A stretch of DNA of 32,000 nucleotides from Phytohabitans rumicis (GCF_011764445.1 NZ_BLPG01000001.1:8143316-8175315), one strand, 5' to 3'; positions 18,505-27,079 are shown, counted from the stretch's first letter. Notes: generated by a model not told the origin, from the sequence alone. Made by a program: numbers and translations.

Positions 18505-19346
18505 CGGGACGCTCCGGCGGCGATGCGGACGCCGGCGTCGTCGGCGAGCAGCGGCAGCGGGGTCAGGTGCCGGCCGGGGTCGTCGAGCCCGGCGCCGGCC
18601 CGGCGCACGTCGTACCGGGCGCCACAGGCTGGGCAGGCCAGCGCCGGGCCGTCGAGGGCGCCGCCGGCCAGGGCGGAGCCGCACGCCGGGCAGGCTTCGC
18701 GGTACGCGTAGCAGACGCCGTCGAGGCTCAGCACCAGCACGGGTACGCCGTCGACGTCGACCGAGCGGGGCCCGTCGCCGAGCTGGCCGGCGGGGACGCG
18801 TACCCAGCCGGGCTCCGGCTCACCGGGCGGGCGGCGGCCGATCTGCAGCAGCTTCGGCCCGGGCGGCTCGGCCACCAGCCCCTCGACGTGCAGGCCGGTC
18901 GTGTCCGGCGCGGCGTCCTCGATGGCCCGCTCGATCGCCAGCCGGACCGTGACCGTCGAGGATGGACAGCCGTGGCAGGTGCCCTCCAGCCGCAGCCGCA
19001 CCACGCCGTCGCCGTCGATGCCGAGGAACTCGACGCCGCCGGCGTGCGAGCCGAGGTAGGGCCGCACCTTGTCCAGGGCGCGCCGGACCCGGGTGCCGGT
19101 GTCCAGCGGATGCAGGTCGTGGACGATCAGCAGGCTCTCCACGAGGTCGTCGGCGAGCATCTTGTCGAGGGTGTCCTGGCCGACCACGCCGACGATCCGG
19201 CGCAGCGCCGCGCCGTACAGCTGGACGACGGAGCCGACCAGCTCGTCGGCCACCGCGGCCGGGTCGGCGGACCCGCCGGCCCGCAGCTCGCCGAGGAGCT
19301 GCTCGACGCGCAGGCCGACGGCCCGTACGTCCTGTCCATCGGACAT
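18501..19346 (-). CDS. hhyE: HhyE-like putative Fe-S protein: NifU C-terminal-type domain fused to a Rieske-fold-like domain with two CPACG motifs
   Basis: The ATG at 19346 (MSDGQDV) has the RBS gggaaagg. The NifU-type motif is GGVEFLGIDGDGVVRLRLEGTCHGCPSSTVTV. The C-terminus is CYAYREACPACGS...LACPACGARYDV. Confidence 0.8.
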   Translation of the reverse strand: MSDGQDVRAVGLRVEQLLGELRAGGSADPAAVADELVGSVVQLYGAALRRIVGVVGQDTLDKMLADDLVESLLIVHDLHPLDTGTRVRRALDKVRPYLGSHAGGVEFLGIDGDGVVRLRLEGTCHGCPSSTVTVRLAIERAIEDAAPDTTGLHVEGLVAEPPGPKLLQIGRRPPGEPEPGWVRVPAGQLGDGPRSVDVDGVPVLVLSLDGVCYAYREACPACGSALAGGALDGPALACPACGARYDVRRAGAGLDDPGRHLTPLPLLADDAGVRIAAGASR

Positions 19347-19381
19347 GTATTGCGCCTTTCCCAGGTTGTGGATGTGGTCGG

Positions 19382-21145
19382 TCAGGTGGCGAGCGTGACG
19401 CCCATCGGCGAGTGCGAGGTCTTGATGACCTTCCCGTCGCCGAGGAACATGTGTACGCCGCAGGGCAGGCACGGGTCGAAGCTGCGTACGGCCCGCATGA
19501 TGTCGATGCCCTTGAACCGATCGGGCGGGTTCTCCTCGAAGATCGGGGTGTTCTGCACCGCGTCCTCGTACGGTCCGGGCGTGCCGTACGTGTCGCGGAC
19601 GCTGCCGTTCCAGGGCGTCGGCGGGTACGGGTGGTAGTTGGCGATCCTTCCATTGCGGATCACCATGTGGTGCGACAGCACGCCGCGGACCGCCTCGGTG
19701 AAGCCCACGCTGTGGGCGTCCTTCGGCACGGTGAACGGCTCCCAGGTCTTCGTGTGCCCGGCGCGTACCTCGGCGAGCGCCCGTTCCACGAAGTAGACCG
19801 CGCAGGCGGCGGAGTACGCCTGGAAGTACGTGCGGGCCCGGTTGCGCTCGATCGCATTGCTCCACTGTGGAATCTTCCACTCGAACGTGGTCTCCGGCCG
19901 GGTGACCGTGCGCGGCAGGTTGATCAGGACACTGTGGCCGGTCGACTTGACGTACCCGAAATCGACGAGGCCGGCCAGGGCGGTGGCCCACAGGCGCGCG
20001 ATCGGCCCGCCGCCGGTGTCGAGCGCGAGGTGGTCGGTGCCGTCGAACCAGCGCGGCGACATGGTCCAGCTGTACTTGCCGTCGAAGTCGCGCTTGGCCG
20101 GCCGCGGGATGGTGTGTTGGTTCCACGGATGCCGGCGGTCGACCGGGTTGCCCAGCGCGTCGCGGGTGACGAACATTTCCTTGTCTTCCCAGTCCTCGTA
20201 GTACGAGGAGCCGAGGAGGATCCGGATGCCCAGGTTGATCGTCACGAGGTCGGTGGTGACCAGCTTCCCGTCGACGATGACGCCGGGGGTGACGAACATC
20301 TGCCGGCCCCAGTCGGTCATCGTCTCGTACCGGAAGTCGCAGTGGTCCGGGTTGTTCAGCGAGCCCCAGCAGCCGAGCAGGACCCGCCGGCGGCCGACCT
20401 CCTCGTACCCGGGCAGCGCGGTGTAGAAGAAGTCGAACAGGTCGTCGTGCATGGGCACGACCCGCTTCATGAAGTCCACGTAGCGCATGAGCCGGGTCAG
20501 GTAGTCGGTGAACAGCTGCACCGTCGCGACCGTGCCGACCCCGCCCGGGTAGAGCGTGGAGGGGTGCACGTGCCGCCCCTCCATGAGGCAGAACATCTCC
20601 CGCGTGGAGCGGCTGACCTGCAACGCCTCCCGGTAGAAGTCGCCTTCGAGCGGGTTGAGCGAGCGCATGATGTCGCCGATGGTGCGGTAGCCGTGGTCGC
20701 CCGCGTGCGGCGACTCGGTGCGGTTGGCCAGCTCCAGCACGCCGGGGTTGGTCTCGGCGACCATCCGCTCGCAGTAGTCGACCCCGACCAGGTTCTCCTG
20801 GAAGATGTTGTGGTCGAACATGTACTCGGCGGCCTCACCGAGGTTGAGGATCCATTCGCCGAGGTGGGGCGGGCGCACGCCGTACGCCATATTCTGCGCG
20901 TACACCGAGCAGGTGGCGTGGTTGTCGCCGCAGATTCCGCAGATCCGGCTGGTGATGAAGTGGGCGTCGCGCGGATCTTTACCCTGCATGAAAAGGCTGT
21001 AGCCGCGGAATATCGAGGAGGTGCTGTGGCACTCGACGACCCGCTTCTGCTTGAAGTCAATCTTCGTGTAAATGCCCAGGCTGCCGACGATGCGGGTGAT
21101 CGGATCCCACGCCATCTCGACAAGATCGGACTCGGCCCCGGTCAT
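19382..21145 (-). CDS. hhyL: [NiFe]-hydrogenase large subunit, group 1h/5 (high-affinity, O2-tolerant type)
   Basis: 587 aa. The L1 motif is TSRICGICGDNH and the L2 motif is SFDPCLPCGVH, followed by a 22-aa cleavable tail (MFLGDGKVIKTSHSPMGVTLAT). Confidence 0.95.
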   Translation of the reverse strand: MTGAESDLVEMAWDPITRIVGSLGIYTKIDFKQKRVVECHSTSSIFRGYSLFMQGKDPRDAHFITSRICGICGDNHATCSVYAQNMAYGVRPPHLGEWILNLGEAAEYMFDHNIFQENLVGVDYCERMVAETNPGVLELANRTESPHAGDHGYRTIGDIMRSLNPLEGDFYREALQVSRSTREMFCLMEGRHVHPSTLYPGGVGTVATVQLFTDYLTRLMRYVDFMKRVVPMHDDLFDFFYTALPGYEEVGRRRVLLGCWGSLNNPDHCDFRYETMTDWGRQMFVTPGVIVDGKLVTTDLVTINLGIRILLGSSYYEDWEDKEMFVTRDALGNPVDRRHPWNQHTIPRPAKRDFDGKYSWTMSPRWFDGTDHLALDTGGGPIARLWATALAGLVDFGYVKSTGHSVLINLPRTVTRPETTFEWKIPQWSNAIERNRARTYFQAYSAACAVYFVERALAEVRAGHTKTWEPFTVPKDAHSVGFTEAVRGVLSHHMVIRNGRIANYHPYPPTPWNGSVRDTYGTPGPYEDAVQNTPIFEENPPDRFKGIDIMRAVRSFDPCLPCGVHMFLGDGKVIKTSHSPMGVTLAT

Positions 21146-21151
21146 AAAGAA

Positions 21152-22201
21152 TCACCACGTTTTCTGGTAGCCGGTGAGCAGTTCCGAGCTCTTCTGGCGC
21201 CATTTAGGCTCGTGATCCGCGGTGCGGGCGGTGACGCCGCGGAGGGTCTTGATGACCGATCCGTAGAGCGTGCTCGCCGTGGTGGACACCCGCGCGCCCG
21301 GCGGCTCGTCCATGAACGGCATGAACTTGTCCGGGAAGCCGGGCATCGTGCACGCGATGCAGATGCCGCCGACGTTGGGGCAGCCGCCGACGCCGTTGAT
21401 CCAGCCGCGCTTGGGCACGTTGCACTTCACGACCGGCCCCCAGCAGCCGAGCTTGACCAGGCACTTGGGCGAGTCGTAGGTGTTGGCGAAGTCGCCCTGC
21501 TCGTAGTACCCGGCGCGGTCGCAGCCCTCGTGGACGGTGGCGCCGAAGAGCCAGCGCGGGCGCAGCGCCTCGTCCAGCGGGATCATCGGGGCCTGGCCGC
21601 CGACCTGGTAGAGCAGGTAGAGGATGGTCTCGGAGAGGTTGTCCGGGTGGGTCGGGCAGCCGGGCACGCAGACGATCGGCAGCCCCGCCTTGGACTTCCA
21701 GTCCCAGCCCAGGTAGTCGGGGACGCCCATCGCGCCGGTCGGGTTGCCGGCCATGGCGTGGATCCCGCCGTACGTCGCGCAGGTGCCCGCCGCCAGGATC
21801 GCCGTCGCCTTGGGGGCCAGCCGGTCGAGCCACTCGCTGGTCGTCATCGGCTGCCCGGTCTCCGGGTTGTTGCCGAAGCCGCACCAGTAGCCCTCGTCCT
21901 TGATCGCCTCGTTGGGGACCGAACCCTCGACCACCAGCACGAACGGGTCCAACTCGCCCCGGTCGGCCTTGTGCCACCACTCGATGAACGTGTCGGCGCC
22001 CTGCTCCGGGCCGCACTCGAAGTCGATCAGCGGCCAGTGCACGGACACCCTGGGCAGTCCGGGCAGCGCACCGAGCACGATCTCCTCGATGCTCGGCTGC
22101 GTGGCCGCGGTCAGGGCGACCGAGTCGCCGTCGCAGGACAGGCCGCCGTTCATCCAGAGGATGTGCACCACCGGCTCGTCCTGATTTCGCGTCACCGTCA
22201 C
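21152..22201 (-). CDS. hhyS: [NiFe]-hydrogenase small subunit, group 1h/5, without Tat signal
   Basis: 349 aa with a GTG start and an aggag RBS 7 nt upstream. Fe-S ligand regions are LSCDGDS, GTCATYGG, CVPGCPTHP, CLVKLGCWGPVVKC and CPNVGGICIAC. There is no RRxF leader. Confidence 0.95.
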   Translation of the reverse strand: MTVTRNQDEPVVHILWMNGGLSCDGDSVALTAATQPSIEEIVLGALPGLPRVSVHWPLIDFECGPEQGADTFIEWWHKADRGELDPFVLVVEGSVPNEAIKDEGYWCGFGNNPETGQPMTTSEWLDRLAPKATAILAAGTCATYGGIHAMAGNPTGAMGVPDYLGWDWKSKAGLPIVCVPGCPTHPDNLSETILYLLYQVGGQAPMIPLDEALRPRWLFGATVHEGCDRAGYYEQGDFANTYDSPKCLVKLGCWGPVVKCNVPKRGWINGVGGCPNVGGICIACTMPGFPDKFMPFMDEPPGARVSTTASTLYGSVIKTLRGVTARTADHEPKWRQKSSELLTGYQKTW

Positions 22202-22374
22202 GATGCCACTCCTGGTTTGGGCAAGGTCATGTGTTTTTCTGGAACTGTGAAAGAAAAGTGACAGCCAAAATGACCATGTAAAGGCACTATAGGGGTGTGA
22301 TACAGATCACGCTAGACTGAATAGTCGTCCTACCGGACACATCTGTCTCATTGATCGGTCCCCCGGGAGGGCGA
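22202..22374. promoter_or_regulatory. AT-rich divergent control region between hhyS and the HTH/ABC gene set
   Basis: I counted 43 G+C in the 100 nt at 22221-22320, against a far GC-richer background. Inverted repeat GTGAT-acag-ATCAC lies at 22297-22310. -10-like hexamers are TATAGT (minus strand) and TAGACT (plus strand, 22312-22317). Confidence 0.6.
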
Positions 22375-22953
22375 ATGGATCCGATCCACGACAACATCGA
22401 GGTAACCCCCGTCGTCGTCCTGTCGCAAACGTTTCCGGCCCGCCCTTCCTCCATTCCAGGAATCCGCGATTTCGTGCGGCGATCGCTCGCGCAGTCCCCA
22501 TTATCCGAGGAGGACAACCGGGCGGTGGGCGAGGCGGTGGCGCGGGCGCTGCTCGACGCCGCGGGCCCGACCGGCACGATCCAGGTGTCCTTCCGGATCT
22601 TTCCGGACCACGCCGAGGTCGACGTGCTCAAGTCCCAACCCACGCCCGGCGCGCCCAATCCCGAGGAACTGGCGTCGTTCCTGGGCACCGCGCCCGCCGA
22701 CGCCGCGGAAGCCCCCGCCGCGGTCGACCGGTGGCCGGGCGCCGGCCTGGTCGAAAGCGGCCCGGACGGCACCTCCTTCGCGGACTGGATGGGCGGGGTG
22801 CTGCGCCGCCAAGGGCTCACCATGGAGGCCGCGGCACGCCAGCTCGGCGTCTCGGTGAAGACCGTGAGCCGCTGGGTCGGCGGTACGACCGAGCCCCGCC
22901 TGCGTGACCTGCGCCGGATCCGGGAGATCTTCGGTGAGCTCCCCTTCCACTGA
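22375..22953 (+). CDS. two-domain regulator: degenerate anti-sigma-factor/histidine-kinase-like N-terminal domain plus C-terminal XRE-type HTH
   Basis: The ATG at 22375 has the RBS gggagg. The N-terminus (FPARPSSIPGIRDFVRRSL...AVGEAVARALLDAAGPTGTIQVSFRIFPDHAEVDVL) follows the layout of SpoIIAB/RsbW-like ATP-binding proteins but lacks the N-box Asn/His. The C-terminus is LTMEAAARQLGVSVKTVSRWVGG. Confidence 0.65.
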   Translation: MDPIHDNIEVTPVVVLSQTFPARPSSIPGIRDFVRRSLAQSPLSEEDNRAVGEAVARALLDAAGPTGTIQVSFRIFPDHAEVDVLKSQPTPGAPNPEELASFLGTAPADAAEAPAAVDRWPGAGLVESGPDGTSFADWMGGVLRRQGLTMEAAARQLGVSVKTVSRWVGGTTEPRLRDLRRIREIFGELPFH

Positions 22954-23038
22954 CCCGGCGCGTACCCCTTCCGGCTGAATCGGTTGTGGCCCTTCCACGA
23001 GTCGGCGAACACTGGACCCCGACGGAGAGGGAGTCGCG

Positions 23039-23326
23039 ATGACCGACCCGATCGCCGAGCGACAGTGGGTCTGCGCCCGCCGCCTGCGCGAGCGCCGGTT
23101 GCAGCTCTCCCTCACCCAGACCGAACTGGTACGCCGCCTGTCGTGCCGCGGCGTCAACCTGACAAATAGGACGCTCAGCGCGATGGAGAACGGGCGCGGC
23201 CTCGACCTGAGGCGGCTTCCCGAGTTCGCCGCCGTGCTCAGCTGCTCGGTGACATACCTGCTCGGCCTCACCGCCGACCCCCTGCGGTGGGAGCCCGACG
23301 TGCCCCTGGGCAGCGAATCGCCCTGA
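23039..23326 (+). CDS. XRE family helix-turn-helix transcriptional regulator (95 aa)
   Basis: LRERRLQLSLTQTELVRRLSCRGVNLTNRTLSAMENGRG. The RBS is gagagggag. Confidence 0.75.
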   Translation: MTDPIAERQWVCARRLRERRLQLSLTQTELVRRLSCRGVNLTNRTLSAMENGRGLDLRRLPEFAAVLSCSVTYLLGLTADPLRWEPDVPLGSESP

Positions 23327-23362
23327 CGGCGTCCCGCCGTTACCCCTTTCCCGGAGGCCATC

Positions 23363-24361
23363 GTGATGCCGTTCCGGTCCCACCCGCGCCTGCTCGCAGT
23401 ACTGGCGATACTCACCCTGGCCGCGTGCGGCGCCGAGCCGGCGGGCTCCGCCAGCTCCACCACGCCGCCGCGGATCACGCTCTACACCTCGGTCACCCAG
23501 AACACCGTGGACGCGGTGGTCGCCGGCTTCAAGGAGGCGCACCCGGGCGCCGAGGTCGAGGTCTTCCGCGCCGCCACCGGGGCGCTGAACGCGCGCGTCG
23601 CCGGCGACCAGCGCTCCGGCGGGCTGCGCGCCGACGTCATGTGGGGCACCGATCCACTGTCGATGCACGCGTACGCCGACCAGAAGCTGCTGGCGGCGTG
23701 GCCGCTGCCGGACCTGGCGGGCGTGCCGGAGGAGTTCCGCACCGACACGTTCTGGGGCACCCGGGTCCTCTTCGTGGTCGTCGTCGCCCGTAAGGACCTG
23801 ACCCCGGCGCCGACCGGCTGGGCGTCGCTGGCCGACCCGGCGTACCGCGGCAAGGTGGCCGTGCCCGACCCCGCGACGGCCGGCTCCGCGTTCGCCGCGC
23901 TCGGCTACTTCAGCCAGGCGCCCGGGTTCGGGATGGATTACTACCGCCGGCTGGCGGCCAACGGCGCCGTCCAGGTGGCCACCCCGCCGGAGGTCGTGAC
24001 GGCCGTGGCCCAGGGCCGCTACCGGCTCGGCATCACGCTCGACACGGAGGTGCGCGCCGCGGCCGCCAAGGGCTCGCCGGTGACGCTGGCCTGGCCCAAG
24101 GAGGGCGCGATCGCGGTCTACAGCCCGATCGCGGCGACCGCCACGAGCAAGCAGCCGGACGCGGCCAGGACGTTCCTGGCGTACGTCCTGTCGGAGGACG
24201 GCCAGCGGCGCATCGCGAAGACCGGCTGGCAGCCCGTGCTGGCCCAGATCCCCGGCCCGGAGCGCCCCGCCGGGGCCACCTCCGTGTCGCCGGACTGGCC
24301 GGCGCTGTACGGCAAGCAGCGCGACCTGCTCCGGGAGTACCAGTCGATCTTCGGCGGGTGA
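23363..24361 (+). CDS. ABC transporter substrate-binding lipoprotein, Fe(III)/FbpA-AfuA-like family
   Basis: Lipobox LTLAAC follows a hydrophobic leader. TLYTSVTQNTVDAVVAGFKEAHPG...VFRA is typical of iron(III)-type binding proteins. The start is GTG at 23363 or ATG at 23366. Confidence 0.8.
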   Translation: MMPFRSHPRLLAVLAILTLAACGAEPAGSASSTTPPRITLYTSVTQNTVDAVVAGFKEAHPGAEVEVFRAATGALNARVAGDQRSGGLRADVMWGTDPLSMHAYADQKLLAAWPLPDLAGVPEEFRTDTFWGTRVLFVVVVARKDLTPAPTGWASLADPAYRGKVAVPDPATAGSAFAALGYFSQAPGFGMDYYRRLAANGAVQVATPPEVVTAVAQGRYRLGITLDTEVRAAAAKGSPVTLAWPKEGAIAVYSPIAATATSKQPDAARTFLAYVLSEDGQRRIAKTGWQPVLAQIPGPERPAGATSVSPDWPALYGKQRDLLREYQSIFGG

Positions 24362-25941
24362 CCACGGTGCGGCGGGGCTGGTGGCTGCTGGTCGCCGCCC
24401 TGCTGGCCGCCCTCGTCGCCGTGCCGCTCGGCGCGCTGCTGCGGGAGGCGGTCGGCGGCGGTGCCGGCGGGGTCGCGCGCGCCTTCGGTACGCCGTACGT
24501 GCGCACCGCCGTCTGGCACACGGTCGTGCTCGGCGTCGTGGTGACCGCGCCGGCGGTCGCGGCCGGGGTGGCGCTGGCGCTGGCCGTCGAGCGCGGGTCG
24601 GTGCGCCACCGCGGCCGGCTGCGCCTGCTGATCGCCGCCCCGCTGGTCGTACCCGATCTGGTGCTGGGGCTCGGCTGGACCGAGGCGTACGGGCCGGCGG
24701 GGCTGGCCGACCGGCTCGCCGGCCTCGCCCTGCCGGGGCTGTACGGCCCGGTCGGCATCGCCGCCGTGCTCGCCGCGCACGGCGTGCCGCTGGCGTACCT
24801 CGCGGTCGCCGCGGGCCTGGCCACGCGCGCGGAACCCGACCTCGTGCGCGCGGCGCGGGCGGCCGGCGCCTCGGCGTGGGTGGCGCTGCGAACCGTCACC
24901 CTGCCGCTGCTGCGGATGTCCATTGTGGCCGCCGCCGCGCTGGTGTTCGTCAGCGTCGTCAACGCCTTCGCCATCCCGCAACTGCTCGGCACGCCCGCCG
25001 GCTTTGGCACGATGTCCACAGTGGTCTACAGCGACCTGGCGTTCGCGGCGGACCCGGAGGCGTTCCGCGAGCTGACCGTGGTCGCCCTCGCGATGGTGGC
25101 GCTGGCCCTGCTCGCGGTCGGGCCCGCCGACCTGTGGGCCGGCGCCCGGCCGGCGGTACGCACCGGGCCGGAAGCCGCGGCCGCCGGGCGGGCCGGCCGG
25201 GCCACCGCGGCGGTGGTGTACGCGTACGCCACGCTCGCCGTCGGGCTGCCCCTCGTGGCGGTCGCGCTGGCGGCGGTGACCGCCGCACCCGGCCTGCCGC
25301 CGGTGCCGGCCAACTGGACGCTCGCCAACTTCGACGCCGCGTTCGCCGGCGTGACCGGCCCGGCGCTCGCCCGCACGCTGTGGCTCGCCGCGGCGGCCGC
25401 GGTCCTGGTGCCGCTGCTGGGCGCCGCCGTCGCCGGGCTGCCGGGGCGAGCCACCCGTGGGCCGCTGGGCACCGCCGTCGTGCTGGCGTTCGCGATCCCC
25501 GGCTCGGCGCTCGCCGTGGGGATCCTCATCGGGTACGGCCGGCTGCTCGCCGGCTCGGCGGCGCTGATCCTGCTCGCGTACCTGGCGAAGTTCTGGGTGT
25601 TCGGCCACCGCCCGGTCCAGGCCGCGCTCGACCGCCTGCCGCCCGACCTGCCCCGCGCCGCCCGGGCCAGCGGCGCCGGGCCGGTCACCGCGCTGCGGAC
25701 CGTGACGCTGCCGCCGCTCGCCACCGCGGCGGCGATCGGCGGCGGACTCGCGTTCCTGTACGCCTCGCACGAGCTGACCATGTCCACCATCCTCTATGGA
25801 CCGGGGAGCGAGACGTTCGCGGTGGTGATCCTCAACCAGCGGGAGCTGGGCGGTGTGGGCACCTCGGCGGCGCTCGCCCTGGTGCAGACCGGCCCGGTCG
25901 CGCTGGTCGCCGCCGGGCTGGTCCGATGGGGACGCCGGTGA
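24358..25941 (+). CDS. ABC transporter permease, duplicated (two-module) FbpB-like
   Basis: 527 aa and highly hydrophobic, with two EAA-like loops (VRAARAAGASAWVALRTVTLP and PRAARASGAGPVTALRTVTLP). The GTG start overlaps the SBP stop (GTGA). Confidence 0.85.
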   Translation: MTTVRRGWWLLVAALLAALVAVPLGALLREAVGGGAGGVARAFGTPYVRTAVWHTVVLGVVVTAPAVAAGVALALAVERGSVRHRGRLRLLIAAPLVVPDLVLGLGWTEAYGPAGLADRLAGLALPGLYGPVGIAAVLAAHGVPLAYLAVAAGLATRAEPDLVRAARAAGASAWVALRTVTLPLLRMSIVAAAALVFVSVVNAFAIPQLLGTPAGFGTMSTVVYSDLAFAADPEAFRELTVVALAMVALALLAVGPADLWAGARPAVRTGPEAAAAGRAGRATAAVVYAYATLAVGLPLVAVALAAVTAAPGLPPVPANWTLANFDAAFAGVTGPALARTLWLAAAAAVLVPLLGAAVAGLPGRATRGPLGTAVVLAFAIPGSALAVGILIGYGRLLAGSAALILLAYLAKFWVFGHRPVQAALDRLPPDLPRAARASGAGPVTALRTVTLPPLATAAAIGGGLAFLYASHELTMSTILYGPGSETFAVVILNQRELGGVGTSAALALVQTGPVALVAAGLVRWGRR

Positions 25942-26984
25942 ACGCGCCCGCCGCGCTGTCCTGCCGCGGGCTCGGCCTCGGGTACGACGGTAGCGCCCTG
26001 ATCCTGTCCGATGTGGACCTCGACGTCGGCGCGGGCGAGGTGCTGGCGCTGCTGGGCCCGTCCGGGTCCGGAAAGACGACGCTGCTGCACGCGGTGGCCG
26101 GGTTCGTCGCGCCGCGTACCGGTGAGCTGTGGCTGGGCGGCGTGCTGGCGTCCACGCCGCGGCGCTGCCTGCCGCCGGAGCGCCGGCGGGTCGGCGTGGT
26201 CTTCCAGAACTACGCGCTCTGGCCACACCTCGCGGTGCGGGACATCGTCGCGTACCCGGTGCGGCGCCGCGGCGTGCCGGCAGCAGCGGCCCGCGACGCC
26301 GCCGGGGAGCTGCTGGACCGGATGGGCCTGTCCGACCTGGCCGACCGGCGCCCCGCGCAGCTGTCCGGCGGCGAGCAGCAGCGGGTGGGGCTGGCCCGGG
26401 CGCTGGCCGCGGACCCGGCGCTGTTCCTCTTCGACGAGCCGACCGCGCACCTCGACGCCCACCTGCGGGCCATCGTGCTGGCGGAGGTCGCCCGCCGGCG
26501 CGCGGAGGCCGGCGCGGCGGCGGTGTACGCCACGCACGACGCCGCCGAGGCGCTGGCGATCGCCGGCCGCGTCGCGGTCCTGCACGGCGGCGGGGCCGCC
26601 CAGGTCGGCACGCCCGACGAGGTGTACCGGCGCCCGGTGGATCGCACCGTCGCCCGGCTGTCCGGGCCGGCGTCCGTCCTGGACGGTGCGGTGCTGGACC
26701 GCACGGCGGAGTCGGTCACGATCCGCGCCGGCGACCGCCGCGTCACCGTGGCCACCTCGGCGCCGCCGGGCGGCGGGGGAGCCGCCGTTGTCCGGCCGGA
26801 TTGGGTACGCCTCGGCGGCGACCTGCCGGCGACCGTCGCGTCCGTGCGGTTCGCCGGCCCGCACACCGACATCCACCTGGACACCGCCGCCGGCCAGGTG
26901 GTGGTCCGGGGGAGCGGATCGTCCCGGCACGCCCCCGGCGACCATGTCATGTGGACGCTCTGCGAGGCGTGGCCGGTCCCCTGA
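25926..26984 (+). CDS. ABC transporter ATP-binding protein (FbpC/PotA-like with C-terminal TOBE-like region)
   Basis: Walker A is GPSGSGKTT, the signature motif is LSGGEQQRV and Walker B is LFLFDEP. An alternative GTG start at 25938 gives a GTGA overlap. Confidence 0.85.
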   Translation: MGTPVNAPAALSCRGLGLGYDGSALILSDVDLDVGAGEVLALLGPSGSGKTTLLHAVAGFVAPRTGELWLGGVLASTPRRCLPPERRRVGVVFQNYALWPHLAVRDIVAYPVRRRGVPAAAARDAAGELLDRMGLSDLADRRPAQLSGGEQQRVGLARALAADPALFLFDEPTAHLDAHLRAIVLAEVARRRAEAGAAAVYATHDAAEALAIAGRVAVLHGGGAAQVGTPDEVYRRPVDRTVARLSGPASVLDGAVLDRTAESVTIRAGDRRVTVATSAPPGGGGAAVVRPDWVRLGGDLPATVASVRFAGPHTDIHLDTAAGQVVVRGSGSSRHAPGDHVMWTLCEAWPVP

Positions 26985-27079
26985 CCGGCGCGGACAGAAG
27001 TGTCCGGCGGCCACCGCAGGGGTGGCCGGTCAACACTGACTATGGCGACCATGCACGAACTGTGTGCACGATATTACGG

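Noticed and set aside
21152-22201. Suspicion that hhyS is 5'-truncated because it lacks a Tat signal peptide
   Set aside because: Absence of the twin-arginine leader is a known property of group 1h/5 small subunits. A good RBS (aggag) sits 7 nt upstream of the GTG at 22201.
18962-22261. 1099-aa ORF on the + strand
   Set aside because: It lies antisense to hhyS, hhyL and hhyE. The translation is Arg/Ala/Pro/Gly-rich low complexity with no motif. This is a typical shadow ORF of a high-GC genome, while the minus-strand genes carry unmistakable hydrogenase motifs.
22225-22275. GGTCAT...ATGACC inverted hexamers 40 nt apart in the hhyS leader
   Set aside because: The arms are short and the spacer long, so this is easily chance in an AT-richer region. 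The GTGAT-N4-ATCAC site is the better operator candidate.
24118-26226. 702-aa ORF on the - strand
   Set aside because: It lies antisense to the ABC permease and ATPase. The translation is Arg/Gly/Pro-rich and has no domain signature. The plus-strand frames carry Walker and EAA motifs.
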